Below, one piece after another: positions 8,375 to 16,677 of a DNA stretch of 64,000 nucleotides (position 1 is its first letter; the number at the start of each line of letters is the position of its first letter). The position numbers and the translations under genes were made by a program. Under the pieces are notes generated by a model. That model did no database searches and was not told the DNA's origin. It saw only the letters and a program-made list of their open reading frames with translations. Source of the DNA: a virus (lineage: Duplodnaviria > Caudoviricetes); IMG/VR virus record IMGVR_UViG_3300046518_000260, positions 11,276 through 75,275 of that record; one strand, 5' to 3'.

Positions 8375-8710
8375 CCGATTATAAGGATTTCCGTTTTGGT
8401 GGCAAGCCCCTATTTCGCGCTTAGCAAGCGCCTTGGGGCCATGGTTAATTTTCAGTTAACAGCATTTTCAGCCTACCAAACCCCTGCAAAACCGCCATAG
8501 CCCCTCAGCGCCACAGAGAAGCCCGTACAGGCGATTTCAGTGCTGCCCGGTCCTACCATACCGACCGACCTGCGTTCTGCTAACTCCTTGTTTTCATTAC
8601 ATAATTTGGCTTTTGGCCGAATTTTACCCCAAAAGGGCGAAATTTACCATTTGTTAACCGCTTTTCCATGTGCCCGCTTGCCAGTTGGGCGGAAATCCTT
8701 ATAATCAGGG
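8375..8710. promoter_or_regulatory. Divergent promoter cassette, copy 2
   Basis: Leftward TTGCCA-N16-TATAAT (8405-8378); rightward TTGCCA-N16-TATAAT (8678-8705); CtrA box at 8445; core 8506-8608 nearly identical to copy 1. Confidence 0.75.
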
Positions 8711-8738
8711 CAACACCAACGCCAAGGAGCACCGCGCC

Positions 8739-8957
8739 ATGAAAACCCTACCCGCCCACACTACCCGCTATTTCGCCGAGCAGGCTTACTTTTTGTTTTT
8801 CACGCGCGGCACGATTAAGCCGCTGAAAAACAAAACCGTATACGGCATTGAGCTGACCTGCCTGTACGGCAACGGCCAAGTTACCTGCACCTACGAAATT
8901 GCAGGCAAGCAAGTAACCAAAGTTGAGCGGGTGCGCAAAAGCTGGTCTAGCCTGTAA
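8739..8957 (+). CDS. Hypothetical early protein (72 aa)
   Basis: AAGGAG RBS before ATG 8739. Confidence 0.7.
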   Translation: MKTLPAHTTRYFAEQAYFLFFTRGTIKPLKNKTVYGIELTCLYGNGQVTCTYEIAGKQVTKVERVRKSWSSL

Positions 8958-9066
8958 GCACTGAGGGCAGCAGCCGTAAGGCTGCATTGCCTTTGCCCGA
9001 TATCTAAAATTTTAATAAAATGCCATCTATCGGGGCTAGGCTTGGGGCGTTTAGCCCCTTGCCGTT

Positions 9067-9279
9067 TCAGCAGAACCGTACCGCAAATACCCCGCTCAGC
9101 CCTGCCAGCGCCGCATCTAGCAGCCGGTCCGCGTAGTCGGCGTCGCCGCCCTGTTCGGTTTCGTCCGCCACAAGCGCAGCCCGCAGCCGGGCAATCGCCT
9201 CTTCGCGCGTGTCGCCTTGGCCGGTAATGCCCGTGGGCTCGCCATTTTCGGTCAGTTCGGCATAAATTGCATTTTCCAT
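9067..9279 (-). CDS. Hypothetical protein
   Basis: GAGG RBS; acidic 70-aa ORF. Confidence 0.6.
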   Translation of the reverse strand: MENAIYAELTENGEPTGITGQGDTREEAIARLRAALVADETEQGGDADYADRLLDAALAGLSGVFAVRFC

Positions 9280-9285
9280 AGCCTC

Positions 9286-9483
9286 TTAGCCCTTTGCTGC
9301 GTTGTCAGCCGCAATGGCGGCTTCGTTGCGGTCCATTACCATACCCTTAATCCACTCGCGGTTGCAATTCATGTAACCGGTTGCATCTACGCGGCGGTAA
9401 AAGTCGTTGGTGTTAAGCAGGTCGTGTTCGCGGGTGGCGGGGTTCCATACCAGCCCGGTAACAGTCCAAATTGCCTTGTCCAT
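9286..9483 (-). CDS. Hypothetical protein
   Basis: GAGGG RBS; promoter TTTACC-N16-TATAAT at 9544-9517. Confidence 0.65.
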   Translation of the reverse strand: MDKAIWTVTGLVWNPATREHDLLNTNDFYRRVDATGYMNCNREWIKGMVMDRNEAAIAADNAAKG

Positions 9484-9564
9484 AGCGTTGCCCTCTCGGC
9501 GTGTTTGCCTGCTCCGATTATACTGATATCCCAAGCCCGGTAAAGCCGCCTCTTGGGGCCATGG

Positions 9565-9770
9565 TTAACGGGCCGATAACGATCGTCCTTAATAAACATG
9601 GTTAACGCCGCCTTAGCGATCGCCCCGCGTTAACCTTAATTCTTTACCTTAACAGATCGTTAACATTAACCTTTCATTAACCTTATCAATTAAGGTTAAC
9701 GGGCCGTTAATATTAATCATCTGTTAACCATATTCGTTAACGTTAACAAGCGGTTAACGCAATCGTTAAA
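9565..9770. repeat. Phased array of CtrA-type boxes
   Basis: Perfect TTAA-N7-TTAA at 9649, 9666, 9696, 9713, 9743; one-mismatch copies at 9565 and 9602. Confidence 0.8.
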
Positions 9771-9879
9771 ATGCAACTCACCGCTCTGCGCCGCCCTCCG
9801 CCGGTCGCCAGCTTAGGCTGGCGCACAACCGGCTGGCAGCGCCGCCGTACAGGCATGCGCGCCCGGCTGATATATAGCG

Positions 9880-10068
9880 CTAGGGTAATCTAGATACAGG
9901 TAACGTCAGAATATACTCACACATAACTTTGACCATGGCGCGCTCAGCCTCAGAGGCACGCTCCAGCGCTTCCGCCACCTTGGGAGGTGCTACGGTAGCC
10001 GCGCGCCACTCTGCCGTTCTAAGGGCTCCTACGGCGCTTTCAAGCCTAAACAATATATCCTGTTTCAT
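9880..10068 (-). CDS. Hypothetical protein
   Basis: 62-aa ORF between the 28-bp array and the conserved 35-bp motif. Confidence 0.55.
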   Translation of the reverse strand: MKQDILFRLESAVGALRTAEWRAATVAPPKVAEALERASEAERAMVKVMCEYILTLPVSRLP

Positions 10069-10080
10069 GCTGCACCTACA

Positions 10081-10179
10081 AAATCAGACCGGCCATCATC
10101 CCCGCAGGAAATCAGACCGGCCACTTGGTTTCAGGAATATCGGACCGGCCACCCATGCGGGGGAATATCGGACCGGTCA
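10081..10179. repeat. Four 15-bp direct repeats at exact 28-bp period
   Basis: AAATCAGACCGGCCA-like units start at 10081, 10109, 10137, 10165, separated by different 13-nt spacers. Confidence 0.9.
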
Positions 10180-10425
10180 GTCATCCCGCATAGCGCGGTA
10201 TTGTCCGTCAGGCATGCATGCCGCGTCGGTCTCGTCAATCTCGTTGCCCTTCTCGTCAAGCACGGGCTTGCCGGAAGCATCGACAATCGTATACCACGGT
10301 TGCGCCCAAACGGCTCGTTGCATGGCGTCACAACGGGCAAAGGTCATCGGTCCGATAGCCGTGACTTCGCGCTGCCCTCCGCCCGGCAAGTTGTGCAGGA
10401 GCAGGAATACAACAAGTTCTTTCAT
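10177..10425 (-). CDS. Hypothetical protein
   Basis: 82-aa ORF coupled to upstream gene (GTGA/ATGA overlap). Confidence 0.6.
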   Translation of the reverse strand: MKELVVFLLLHNLPGGGQREVTAIGPMTFARCDAMQRAVWAQPWYTIVDASGKPVLDEKGNEIDETDAACMPDGQYRAMRDD

Positions 10426-10580
10426 GGCTTCACCGTTTCAATTTTGGTTACAGACAGGTGACCTTCCCCAAGCCGGAAGGCAATGAAAACCTTAGCGGCG
10501 GCGAGCACGCGCTCCTTTTCCGCCGCATGGGTGACGTGGTTCGGCACGTCGTATTCAATGACTACGCGCAAGCGTTTCAT
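10422..10580 (-). CDS. Hypothetical protein
   Basis: MKRLRVVIEY..., ATGA coupling. Confidence 0.55.
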   Translation of the reverse strand: MKRLRVVIEYDVPNHVTHAAEKERVLAAAKVFIAFRLGEGHLSVTKIETVKP

Positions 10581-10834
10581 GTCAACCTCGTTATCGGCGG
10601 CTGCAAGATCGCGTTGATCTGCACACCGATTTCCATATAGTCCCACACATACGCACGGTCTCTGTCGTTGCCAGCATAGAAATCGCAGTAGTTGCGGGCC
10701 GCTGCCAACGTGCTCGGGTAGTCGTCCTGAACGACCACATACAACACCTTGTCTTCAACCGTTGTGTGGCTAAAGTCGCTATCCATACCGCCGCTCGTGG
10801 CAACGCGATGGTGCACGGTCCCACGGTATTTCAT
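10577..10834 (-). CDS. Hypothetical protein
   Basis: MKYRGTVHH..., co-oriented. Confidence 0.55.
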   Translation of the reverse strand: MKYRGTVHHRVATSGGMDSDFSHTTVEDKVLYVVVQDDYPSTLAAARNYCDFYAGNDRDRAYVWDYMEIGVQINAILQPPITRLT

Positions 10835-10845
10835 GGTTAACAGCT

Positions 10846-11025
10846 TCACAGGCCCTGCTCCTTCACCCATTGCTGCAAGGCTTCCGTGACCTTAACAGCG
10901 GTTTCATGCATCTGCTCGCGGGCTGCCATGCGCTTGCCGCCCGGCTCCTGCTCAACAAGCCCGTGCGTCGTCTTGGCGGCTGCATAGTTGTTCAGCAAGC
11001 CGCGTATGTCCAACATCGTTACCAT
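10846..11025 (-). CDS. Hypothetical protein
   Basis: TGATG coupling to the upstream gene. Confidence 0.5.
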   Translation of the reverse strand: MVTMLDIRGLLNNYAAAKTTHGLVEQEPGGKRMAAREQMHETAVKVTEALQQWVKEQGL

Positions 11026-11300
11026 CAGTCTCGCTCCCATTTGCCACAGCGCTTGCAATAGCGCGTCGGTCCAGCCGCATCAAAACCTTGCTGCCAAAGG
11101 TGTTCACACTCCATCTTTGGGGCCGGATTAGCCGCAAGGAATTCGTCCACGGCGCGCATCAGCTCAACCGTCGCTTCCCTGTACAGCGTGACCGCCGCCG
11201 TTGCATCTGCCATGGAAATGACTTGGTCAATGGCGGTTGCGCACTTTGCCGCCTCAGTGCGCAAGTCTTCAATCGTCTTGGTCTTCGTCGCTTTCGTCAT
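11025..11300 (-). CDS. Hypothetical protein with C-terminal Zn-ribbon-like motif
   Basis: CEHLW...YCKRCGK. Confidence 0.6.
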   Translation of the reverse strand: MTKATKTKTIEDLRTEAAKCATAIDQVISMADATAAVTLYREATVELMRAVDEFLAANPAPKMECEHLWQQGFDAAGPTRYCKRCGKWERD

Positions 11301-11469
11301 CGTCTTCGTCCCCTTCTGCCTCTTCGGCTTCGTCCAGCAGTTTTCCCCACTTGGCCTCATATTCAGCTTCGGTCATAGGCTTGCGCTTTGCGTCCGCTAT
11401 TTCAGCTTCCGCCCGGCGCTTTTCAGCCTCGGCCTCAATCCATTCTTCAAGACCCTTGATGGTTCCCAT
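11269..11469 (-). CDS. Small acidic hypothetical protein
   Basis: AAGGA RBS; acidic tail. Confidence 0.55.
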   Translation of the reverse strand: MGTIKGLEEWIEAEAEKRRAEAEIADAKRKPMTEAEYEAKWGKLLDEAEEAEGDEDDDESDEDQDD

Positions 11470-11479
11470 TTCGGTTCCT

Positions 11480-11860
11480 TCAGCGTACCAGCATCTTCAA
11501 AATCTTCATCATGTCGCGGTCAAACTTCTCGCCGTCGGTCAACACCCGACGCGGCTTGCGTTCGCGGTCATGAATGTATTCGCGAATAAGTTCGCGGTCT
11601 TTCAGGTCACGGGCAATCTGCCGGGCGGCTTCTTCCTTGCGGCGCTGTTCGGTTTCAGCGTTGCCTTCCGCCAGCTTTTCAGCAATCTCGTGCTGCCGGG
11701 CTGCGTAGGTTTCCAGCTCGCCCAATGCCAGCTTAGCCCGGTTGGTCAGCATTACCAGCGGCACGCCATTATCTTCAGCCACGCTGGCAAGTGCCACTTT
11801 GGGGTCGGTCCCGTTCAGCAGTTCAGCCTTAACGTCTTCAATCGCTGTAAGAATGTCCAT
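11480..11860 (-). CDS. Hypothetical protein
   Basis: AAGGAG RBS before ATG 11860. Confidence 0.65.
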   Translation of the reverse strand: MDILTAIEDVKAELLNGTDPKVALASVAEDNGVPLVMLTNRAKLALGELETYAARQHEIAEKLAEGNAETEQRRKEEAARQIARDLKDRELIREYIHDRERKPRRVLTDGEKFDRDMMKILKMLVR

Positions 11861-11936
11861 GTGCCTTGCTCCTTGTGTTGAAATCACCATACTGATTTCC
11901 ACGGGCCACGCAACCGCAACCCTGAACAATGGTTAA

Positions 11937-12128
11937 TTATTCCTTATGCTCCAGCCGCCAAAGGTAGGGCAGCAACGCCTTAAGCCTTGGCAGATCATAG
12001 CCGCTATCCAGCAGCAACGCGACCGAATAGAACATGCGTTCCTTTTGCGGCAAGCCCTCGACCAGCATCTCCGCCGTGCGGGCTAGCTCTTGGTCCAGCG
12101 TGCCGCCTATTCGTGGTTCATCAAACAT
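11937..12128 (-). CDS. Hypothetical protein
   Basis: GGAGG RBS. Confidence 0.6.
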   Translation of the reverse strand: MFDEPRIGGTLDQELARTAEMLVEGLPQKERMFYSVALLLDSGYDLPRLKALLPYLWRLEHKE

Positions 12129-12568
12129 GCGACTGCCTCCTTGCGCAAGTCGGCGGCAAGCCGCCAGTCGGTTTCCTCGGGCCTCAGCACGCGAATATCA
12201 AGCCACGAATTGCGGTTGCAGCCGAACACGGTCCGCGACCACTTGGAAGCGGTATCGAATAGCACAGCATTGCCGCTTATCTGCGCTTCAATCCTGCCAT
12301 CCTTGACAACCGCAAGGAAGCGTTCGGTCCGGTATGTCATGTACATCTTTGTTCCATGCGGCAGCGTCACCGCGCCCCATACCAGCGGCTTGCCGACGCG
12401 CTCCTGCCGGGCAAGCAACTTTACCCGCCAATCTTCGCTAAGCCGTTCAACGGCTTGCTGCATGGCGTTTTCGAACAGGTCTAGCGGGTTAACCCTGCCG
12501 CTGGTCAGGCGCACGACCTTTTCGTACAGCTTGCGCGGCACAGGGATGTATATGTGGTCTTTGTCCAT
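12107..12568 (-). CDS. RHH-like N-terminus plus RAMA-like domain
   Basis: HIYIPVPRKLYEKV (RHH-like strand-helix) and LPHGTKMYMTY...FDTASKWSRTVFGCNRNSWLDI (RAMA-like S-x-W...G...N-x-W pattern). Confidence 0.55.
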   Translation of the reverse strand: MDKDHIYIPVPRKLYEKVVRLTSGRVNPLDLFENAMQQAVERLSEDWRVKLLARQERVGKPLVWGAVTLPHGTKMYMTYRTERFLAVVKDGRIEAQISGNAVLFDTASKWSRTVFGCNRNSWLDIRVLRPEETDWRLAADLRKEAVACLMNHE

Positions 12569-13017
12569 CAGTATACCTGCCCGCGACCGCGCCCGGTCCG
12601 CTCATACGCAAGGTCAGGCTTTTGGGTCGTGCTCGTGTATTCCACGGCCAAGGTCCGCCTGCGACCGCGCCCGTTGCAAAACCATGTCGTCGTCAGCTGG
12701 TGCCCGATACGGTCCATCCACAGCCCTTCACCGCGCCACCATGGCATCCCAACAAAGCCAAGTCCGACCAGCGTCTTGCGCAACTCTACCAAGTCCTCGG
12801 CGTGCGCCATCGGCAATTCCCACCGCGTCGTCAGTATGGTCGCAATGCTTTGGTGCGCATTGGGGAAGTCGCCATCCGGAATTCCCCTATGGCTGGTGTA
12901 GCGGCTGGTCGCCGTGGCGGTTTTCTCCGAGACAAACTCGTACTCCATGGCAACCATGAACGCGGTAATTGTCTTGCGCACGGGCAAGGTGCGCGGCTTC
13001 TTTACGGGCTTGCTCAT
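12568..13017 (-). CDS. Hypothetical protein
   Basis: 149 aa; stop/start overlap with neighbours. Confidence 0.6.
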   Translation of the reverse strand: MSKPVKKPRTLPVRKTITAFMVAMEYEFVSEKTATATSRYTSHRGIPDGDFPNAHQSIATILTTRWELPMAHAEDLVELRKTLVGLGFVGMPWWRGEGLWMDRIGHQLTTTWFCNGRGRRRTLAVEYTSTTQKPDLAYERTGRGRGQVY

Positions 13018-13202
13018 TAGCGTCTATCCTCCACCGCATCAAACGTCTTGCCGTCATGGCGCACGGTCCATTTCAGGGCCTCAACGCTCTTGGCCTGATA
13101 CACCTCAATCACGCGACGCGGCTGCCCGTCAGGTCCGCCTACCAACGCTCCCATGACGGGAAATTTGTTGCTAACGCCATTCATAATTTCCAGCGTGTTC
13201 AT
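13017..13202 (-). CDS. Hypothetical protein
   Basis: Coupled small ORF. Confidence 0.55.
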   Translation of the reverse strand: MNTLEIMNGVSNKFPVMGALVGGPDGQPRRVIEVYQAKSVEALKWTVRHDGKTFDAVEDRR

Positions 13203-13639
13203 GCGCCTATTAACTCCGTCAGCCCCAAGGTTTCCAGTACCGTGTCGGCGTATGCAGCTTCGCGCGGGAAGTCCACAATGTCGCCAATGGAAAGCACGCC
13301 ATTTTCGTCGCGCACAAATACCACGGTCCGCGCCGTGTTCGGCTCTTCAATGCAAATCTCGGTAAAGGCCGTGGTCCCTAAATCGTCCCACATCGTGGGC
13401 ACTGGAAATTCGGTCGCCTCGTTAAGCGCATCGCTCAGGGCCTCTAATTCTTCACGCAAGGCATTAGCCCGCGCGGTCATGGCCGCAAGCTCCGAACGCT
13501 TTACCATCGTCGGGCCGCGCTGGCACAAACTGGCGCTCAGCAGCGGCCAAGTCTTGGCGCGCTCGCCTTGGAACCTTTGGGCCGCAAGCCCGATATTCTC
13601 AAGCTTCACGGCAATGTCGGTCAACTGTGCTCGGTTCAT
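13199..13639 (-). CDS. Hypothetical protein
   Basis: AAGGAG RBS before ATG 13639. Confidence 0.65.
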   Translation of the reverse strand: MNRAQLTDIAVKLENIGLAAQRFQGERAKTWPLLSASLCQRGPTMVKRSELAAMTARANALREELEALSDALNEATEFPVPTMWDDLGTTAFTEICIEEPNTARTVVFVRDENGVLSIGDIVDFPREAAYADTVLETLGLTELIGA

Positions 13640-13835
13640 GGTCAGTGCTCCTTGTTCGTTGATCCCATAAAGCATTTCCCGGAACCGGGCGCAATGCCTA
13701 TCGTTACAACATGGTTAACAAATCGCCCTATGGCCTCAGAGCCACAGAGAAGCCCGTACAAGCGATCTCTGTGTGATCGAGTATATCCATACCGACCCAA
13801 AGCTCCGAGGCTATCTACTTGTAATCGTTATACTT

Positions 13836-14045
13836 TTAGCCGCGCTCCCGTGGTATTCCATTCATTGCCATGAAGTGCGCCGCTTGTGCGATCAGCTCCA
13901 TAGCGGTTGCCAGCCGGTCTATTGCCTCGACGGTTTCCCACCGCAACGCAAAATCCTTTTGCTCACTGTTCAGCCGTTCGTCGGTCAATACCGCATGCCG
14001 GTTCTTGCTCCGCGTTGCGAAGTCAGCCCTTGGGGTCTCTTCCAT
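13836..14045 (-). CDS. Hypothetical protein
   Basis: GGAGG RBS before ATG 14045. Confidence 0.55.
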   Translation of the reverse strand: MEETPRADFATRSKNRHAVLTDERLNSEQKDFALRWETVEAIDRLATAMELIAQAAHFMAMNGIPRERG

Positions 14046-14241
14046 CCATTTCCTCCAATACCGCGCGAGCAAGGTGCTCCGCTTCCATGTGCAGTTTAGC
14101 GATTTCCTGCCTGATACGCTGACGCCAAAAGCCGTATTGACGGCGCTGCAATGCCAGCGGCGGTCCGCGTCTCAGTGCCCGTTCCAACTCGTTGGCGCGA
14201 GCGACCGCGCCAATCATCCGCATTAATGCCGTGCGCCGCAT
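14023..14241 (-). CDS. Hypothetical basic protein
   Basis: Fills the gap between co-oriented genes. Confidence 0.4.
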   Translation of the reverse strand: MRRTALMRMIGAVARANELERALRRGPPLALQRRQYGFWRQRIRQEIAKLHMEAEHLARAVLEEMDGRDPKG

Positions 14242-14243
14242 GG

Positions 14244-14882
14244 CTAAATCCAAGCCTTGACGGCAAGCTCGACATCGCGCCGGTAAAAGCCGCCAGCAAC
14301 CGACTGTACTGCGTGGACGTAGTTGCTACCTTGCCAAATCCGCATGGTCAGTGACGTGCCGCTCGTGTTAAACGTGCAGTCCAGTCCCACGGCTTTGATA
14401 AAAGCCTCAGCCCACTTGTAATGCACTTCGTATTCAGCATCGCTAGGGGCGTTTAGAACGGTCTCCAGCGCGTCCTTGGCTTTGTAGGTGCGTAGCCACT
14501 CCAACCGCGCCGTTGCGTTCTTGAGCCAATCTAGGGCCTCTGAGGGCACATCTGGCACATCTGGCGCAGCTGGTGCCACCACTTCCGCACAGTACAACGG
14601 GCCAACGCCGAACGCGGCATCACATTTCCTGCATCGCGATGAATAATAGTCAGGTTCGGCTGTCCCCCAAGTATGCGGAATTCGCTTGGGGTCGATCTTG
14701 TCAGCCCGCATAGACGCCGACCGCGACCAAAGCACAATGCCGTCACCGTCCAAGCACGCAACGTTGAAATCGCCCTTGTCGGCGTATACCACAATCAGGT
14801 TTCCCGGGCCATCAATCGGCGTCATCGAAACAATGTATTCCAGCCCGTAAGGCGCAAGCGCGTCCCGAATTTTCTCAAGCAT
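14244..14882 (-). CDS. Hypothetical protein with internal Zn-ribbon-like motif
   Basis: PHTW...RCRKCD...PLYC. Confidence 0.65.
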   Translation of the reverse strand: MLEKIRDALAPYGLEYIVSMTPIDGPGNLIVVYADKGDFNVACLDGDGIVLWSRSASMRADKIDPKRIPHTWGTAEPDYYSSRCRKCDAAFGVGPLYCAEVVAPAAPDVPDVPSEALDWLKNATARLEWLRTYKAKDALETVLNAPSDAEYEVHYKWAEAFIKAVGLDCTFNTSGTSLTMRIWQGSNYVHAVQSVAGGFYRRDVELAVKAWI

Positions 14883-15001
14883 TTTTCCCTGCTCCGTTAA
14901 TTGATTATAGTGTCCCCGCCATCCCTAGCGGGGACACCATGCCATGGTCGCGTTGGCGGACAAACGACCATGCCGGTATTGCTAGGACAGGTTGAATTAC
15001 C

Positions 15002-15322
15002 CTAGCAATTCTTCAAGCTCGCTTCCATGCTGTCAGCCAACCGCGTCACCGCTTCGGCGTTCCAAACTTCGTCAGTTGTCAGCTCAATATCGACCGTGCC
15101 GACCAACTGGAACATCACCGGATTAAATGCCCGGTTCGGCTTGCTCACATAGGAAAAGGCAAACTTGCGGTCTGCAATGGTCACGTTGATAATTCCGACC
15201 ATAAAGTCCAGCAACAACTCTTCCGGTATGTCGTCGGTGAACAAGAGTTGCCCTTGCGCATTAAGAAAATGCACGGTTATCTTGCCGTCTTGGCTATGCA
15301 TTAGAATATCCTTTTCCACCAA
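15002..15322 (-). CDS. Hypothetical protein
   Basis: 106-aa co-oriented ORF. Confidence 0.55.
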   Translation of the reverse strand: MVEKDILMHSQDGKITVHFLNAQGQLLFTDDIPEELLLDFMVGIINVTIADRKFAFSYVSKPNRAFNPVMFQLVGTVDIELTTDEVWNAEAVTRLADSMEASLKNC

Positions 15323-15555
15323 GGCAAGCCGCGCGCTTCCCGCACGTCCTTTTGCCGTTTCATAAATCCCATCAGGTCAAGCGCTTGCTTGCCTTCATCC
15401 ATCTGCCAAAGCAGGTCTATGGAAGCTTCCATATCCAACTCAACTTCGGCCTGCTCACCGGCCTCGGTCGTAAAGGCAAAGCATACGCGGCTGAACGCGC
15501 GGTTCACGGTCCCGACAATTCGGGTGTCCAGCATTTGGGCGATCTTAATGGTCAC
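15301..15555 (-). CDS. Hypothetical protein
   Basis: 84-aa co-oriented ORF. Confidence 0.55.
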   Translation of the reverse strand: MTIKIAQMLDTRIVGTVNRAFSRVCFAFTTEAGEQAEVELDMEASIDLLWQMDEGKQALDLMGFMKRQKDVREARGLPWWKRIF

Positions 15556-15748
15556 GGCCTATCCCCGGAAATGTAATAATGACCTTTGTCTGATGCGGCG
15601 CATAGCCCAATTCTTCGGCTATCTCGCAAGCCACGACAACGGCTGCAACGAGTTGGTGTGGCTGGTAAATATCTACCCTAGCCACATGACGGTCCAGCGG
15701 TCCAACCTGAAGCCGGACCGCCGCTGTTTTCGTTTTGGCCTTAGCCAT
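15545..15748 (-). CDS. Hypothetical protein
   Basis: 67-aa co-oriented ORF. Confidence 0.5.
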   Translation of the reverse strand: MAKAKTKTAAVRLQVGPLDRHVARVDIYQPHQLVAAVVVACEIAEELGYAPHQTKVIITFPGIGRDH

Positions 15749-16427
15749 GGGTCAACGCCAGCTTGTCGTCCTTTTCGCCTTCGAGATGTCGGGCCAAATT
15801 TATTTTGTCCGCGAACTCTTTGGCAAGCTCGGTCTCGCCGACCTTAATGTTCTTGCTCGTCAAGCCTGTCTTGTTCTCGTTCATCCATGCCTGCGCCTCG
15901 TCCACATGCACCAGCGCCCGGCTATGGCCGCCCGTTGCCGTGGCAAGTTGCTCCTGTGCATCAATCAAGCGCCGAATACGGAAGTAAAAGGCGTCGCACA
16001 CATCTTCCATGCTTTTCTTCATGGAAAAGTAAGTGCGTTTGCGGTATTCCGCCGCTTGGTGGCGCAGCTGGTCAACCACAAAGGGCAGCATCAGCGCTAG
16101 CGTTATCCGCGAGCTTTCTCGGCCAACCGCAAGGTAAGCGGTCATGCCGGGCTGCTTCTGGCGGAACACCTTGCAGCCGTAATATTCAGCCATGATCGGC
16201 GGAATAAGGTCGTGCCATTTGCGGTTAGTAAACGGCGCTACAAAGACCACTGACTGGTCAATCGCGTCGGTCTTCACCACGTCGCCAATTTCCAGCTGGT
16301 GCTCTTCCAGCATTTGCTGAGCCTTGGCCGCGAAGCTAGCGGCTTCATGCTCGTTGTCCGTGCCACCCGCCTTTGCGAGCAGGGCGGCAATTTTCTTCTT
16401 CAGCTTCTCCACGTTTTGCTTGCTCAT
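15741..16427 (-). CDS. DUF2786-domain protein
   Basis: KIAALLAKAGGTDNEHEAASFAAKAQQMLEEHQL is the DUF2786 pattern. Confidence 0.8.
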   Translation of the reverse strand: MSKQNVEKLKKKIAALLAKAGGTDNEHEAASFAAKAQQMLEEHQLEIGDVVKTDAIDQSVVFVAPFTNRKWHDLIPPIMAEYYGCKVFRQKQPGMTAYLAVGRESSRITLALMLPFVVDQLRHQAAEYRKRTYFSMKKSMEDVCDAFYFRIRRLIDAQEQLATATGGHSRALVHVDEAQAWMNENKTGLTSKNIKVGETELAKEFADKINLARHLEGEKDDKLALTHG

Positions 16428-16521
16428 TTCGATACTCCTTGGGGCTGCGTCATGCCGCCCTTGAATTCACACTATACTTTCCCTCCGTCTCTACAACTCT
16501 ATTCAGTGAACATGGTTAATA

Positions 16522-16677
16522 TTAATCTGTGTTAACGGCCTTGTTCACAAACAGAATTGTATAGTGGTCGGGGTTCTCGGTCATGGAAACTACTTCCCAA
16601 CCGACCGCTGCCAACTCACCAATCACTTCTTCGATTTCGTTGGCGTCTCGGGCTAGCCGGACCGTATATTGGCTCAC
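16522..16677 (-). CDS. Small DUF4177-like protein
   Basis: EEVIGELAAVGWEVVS...YTILF pattern; GTG start, GTGA overlap. Confidence 0.55.
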   Translation of the reverse strand: MSQYTVRLARDANEIEEVIGELAAVGWEVVSMTENPDHYTILFVNKAVNTD

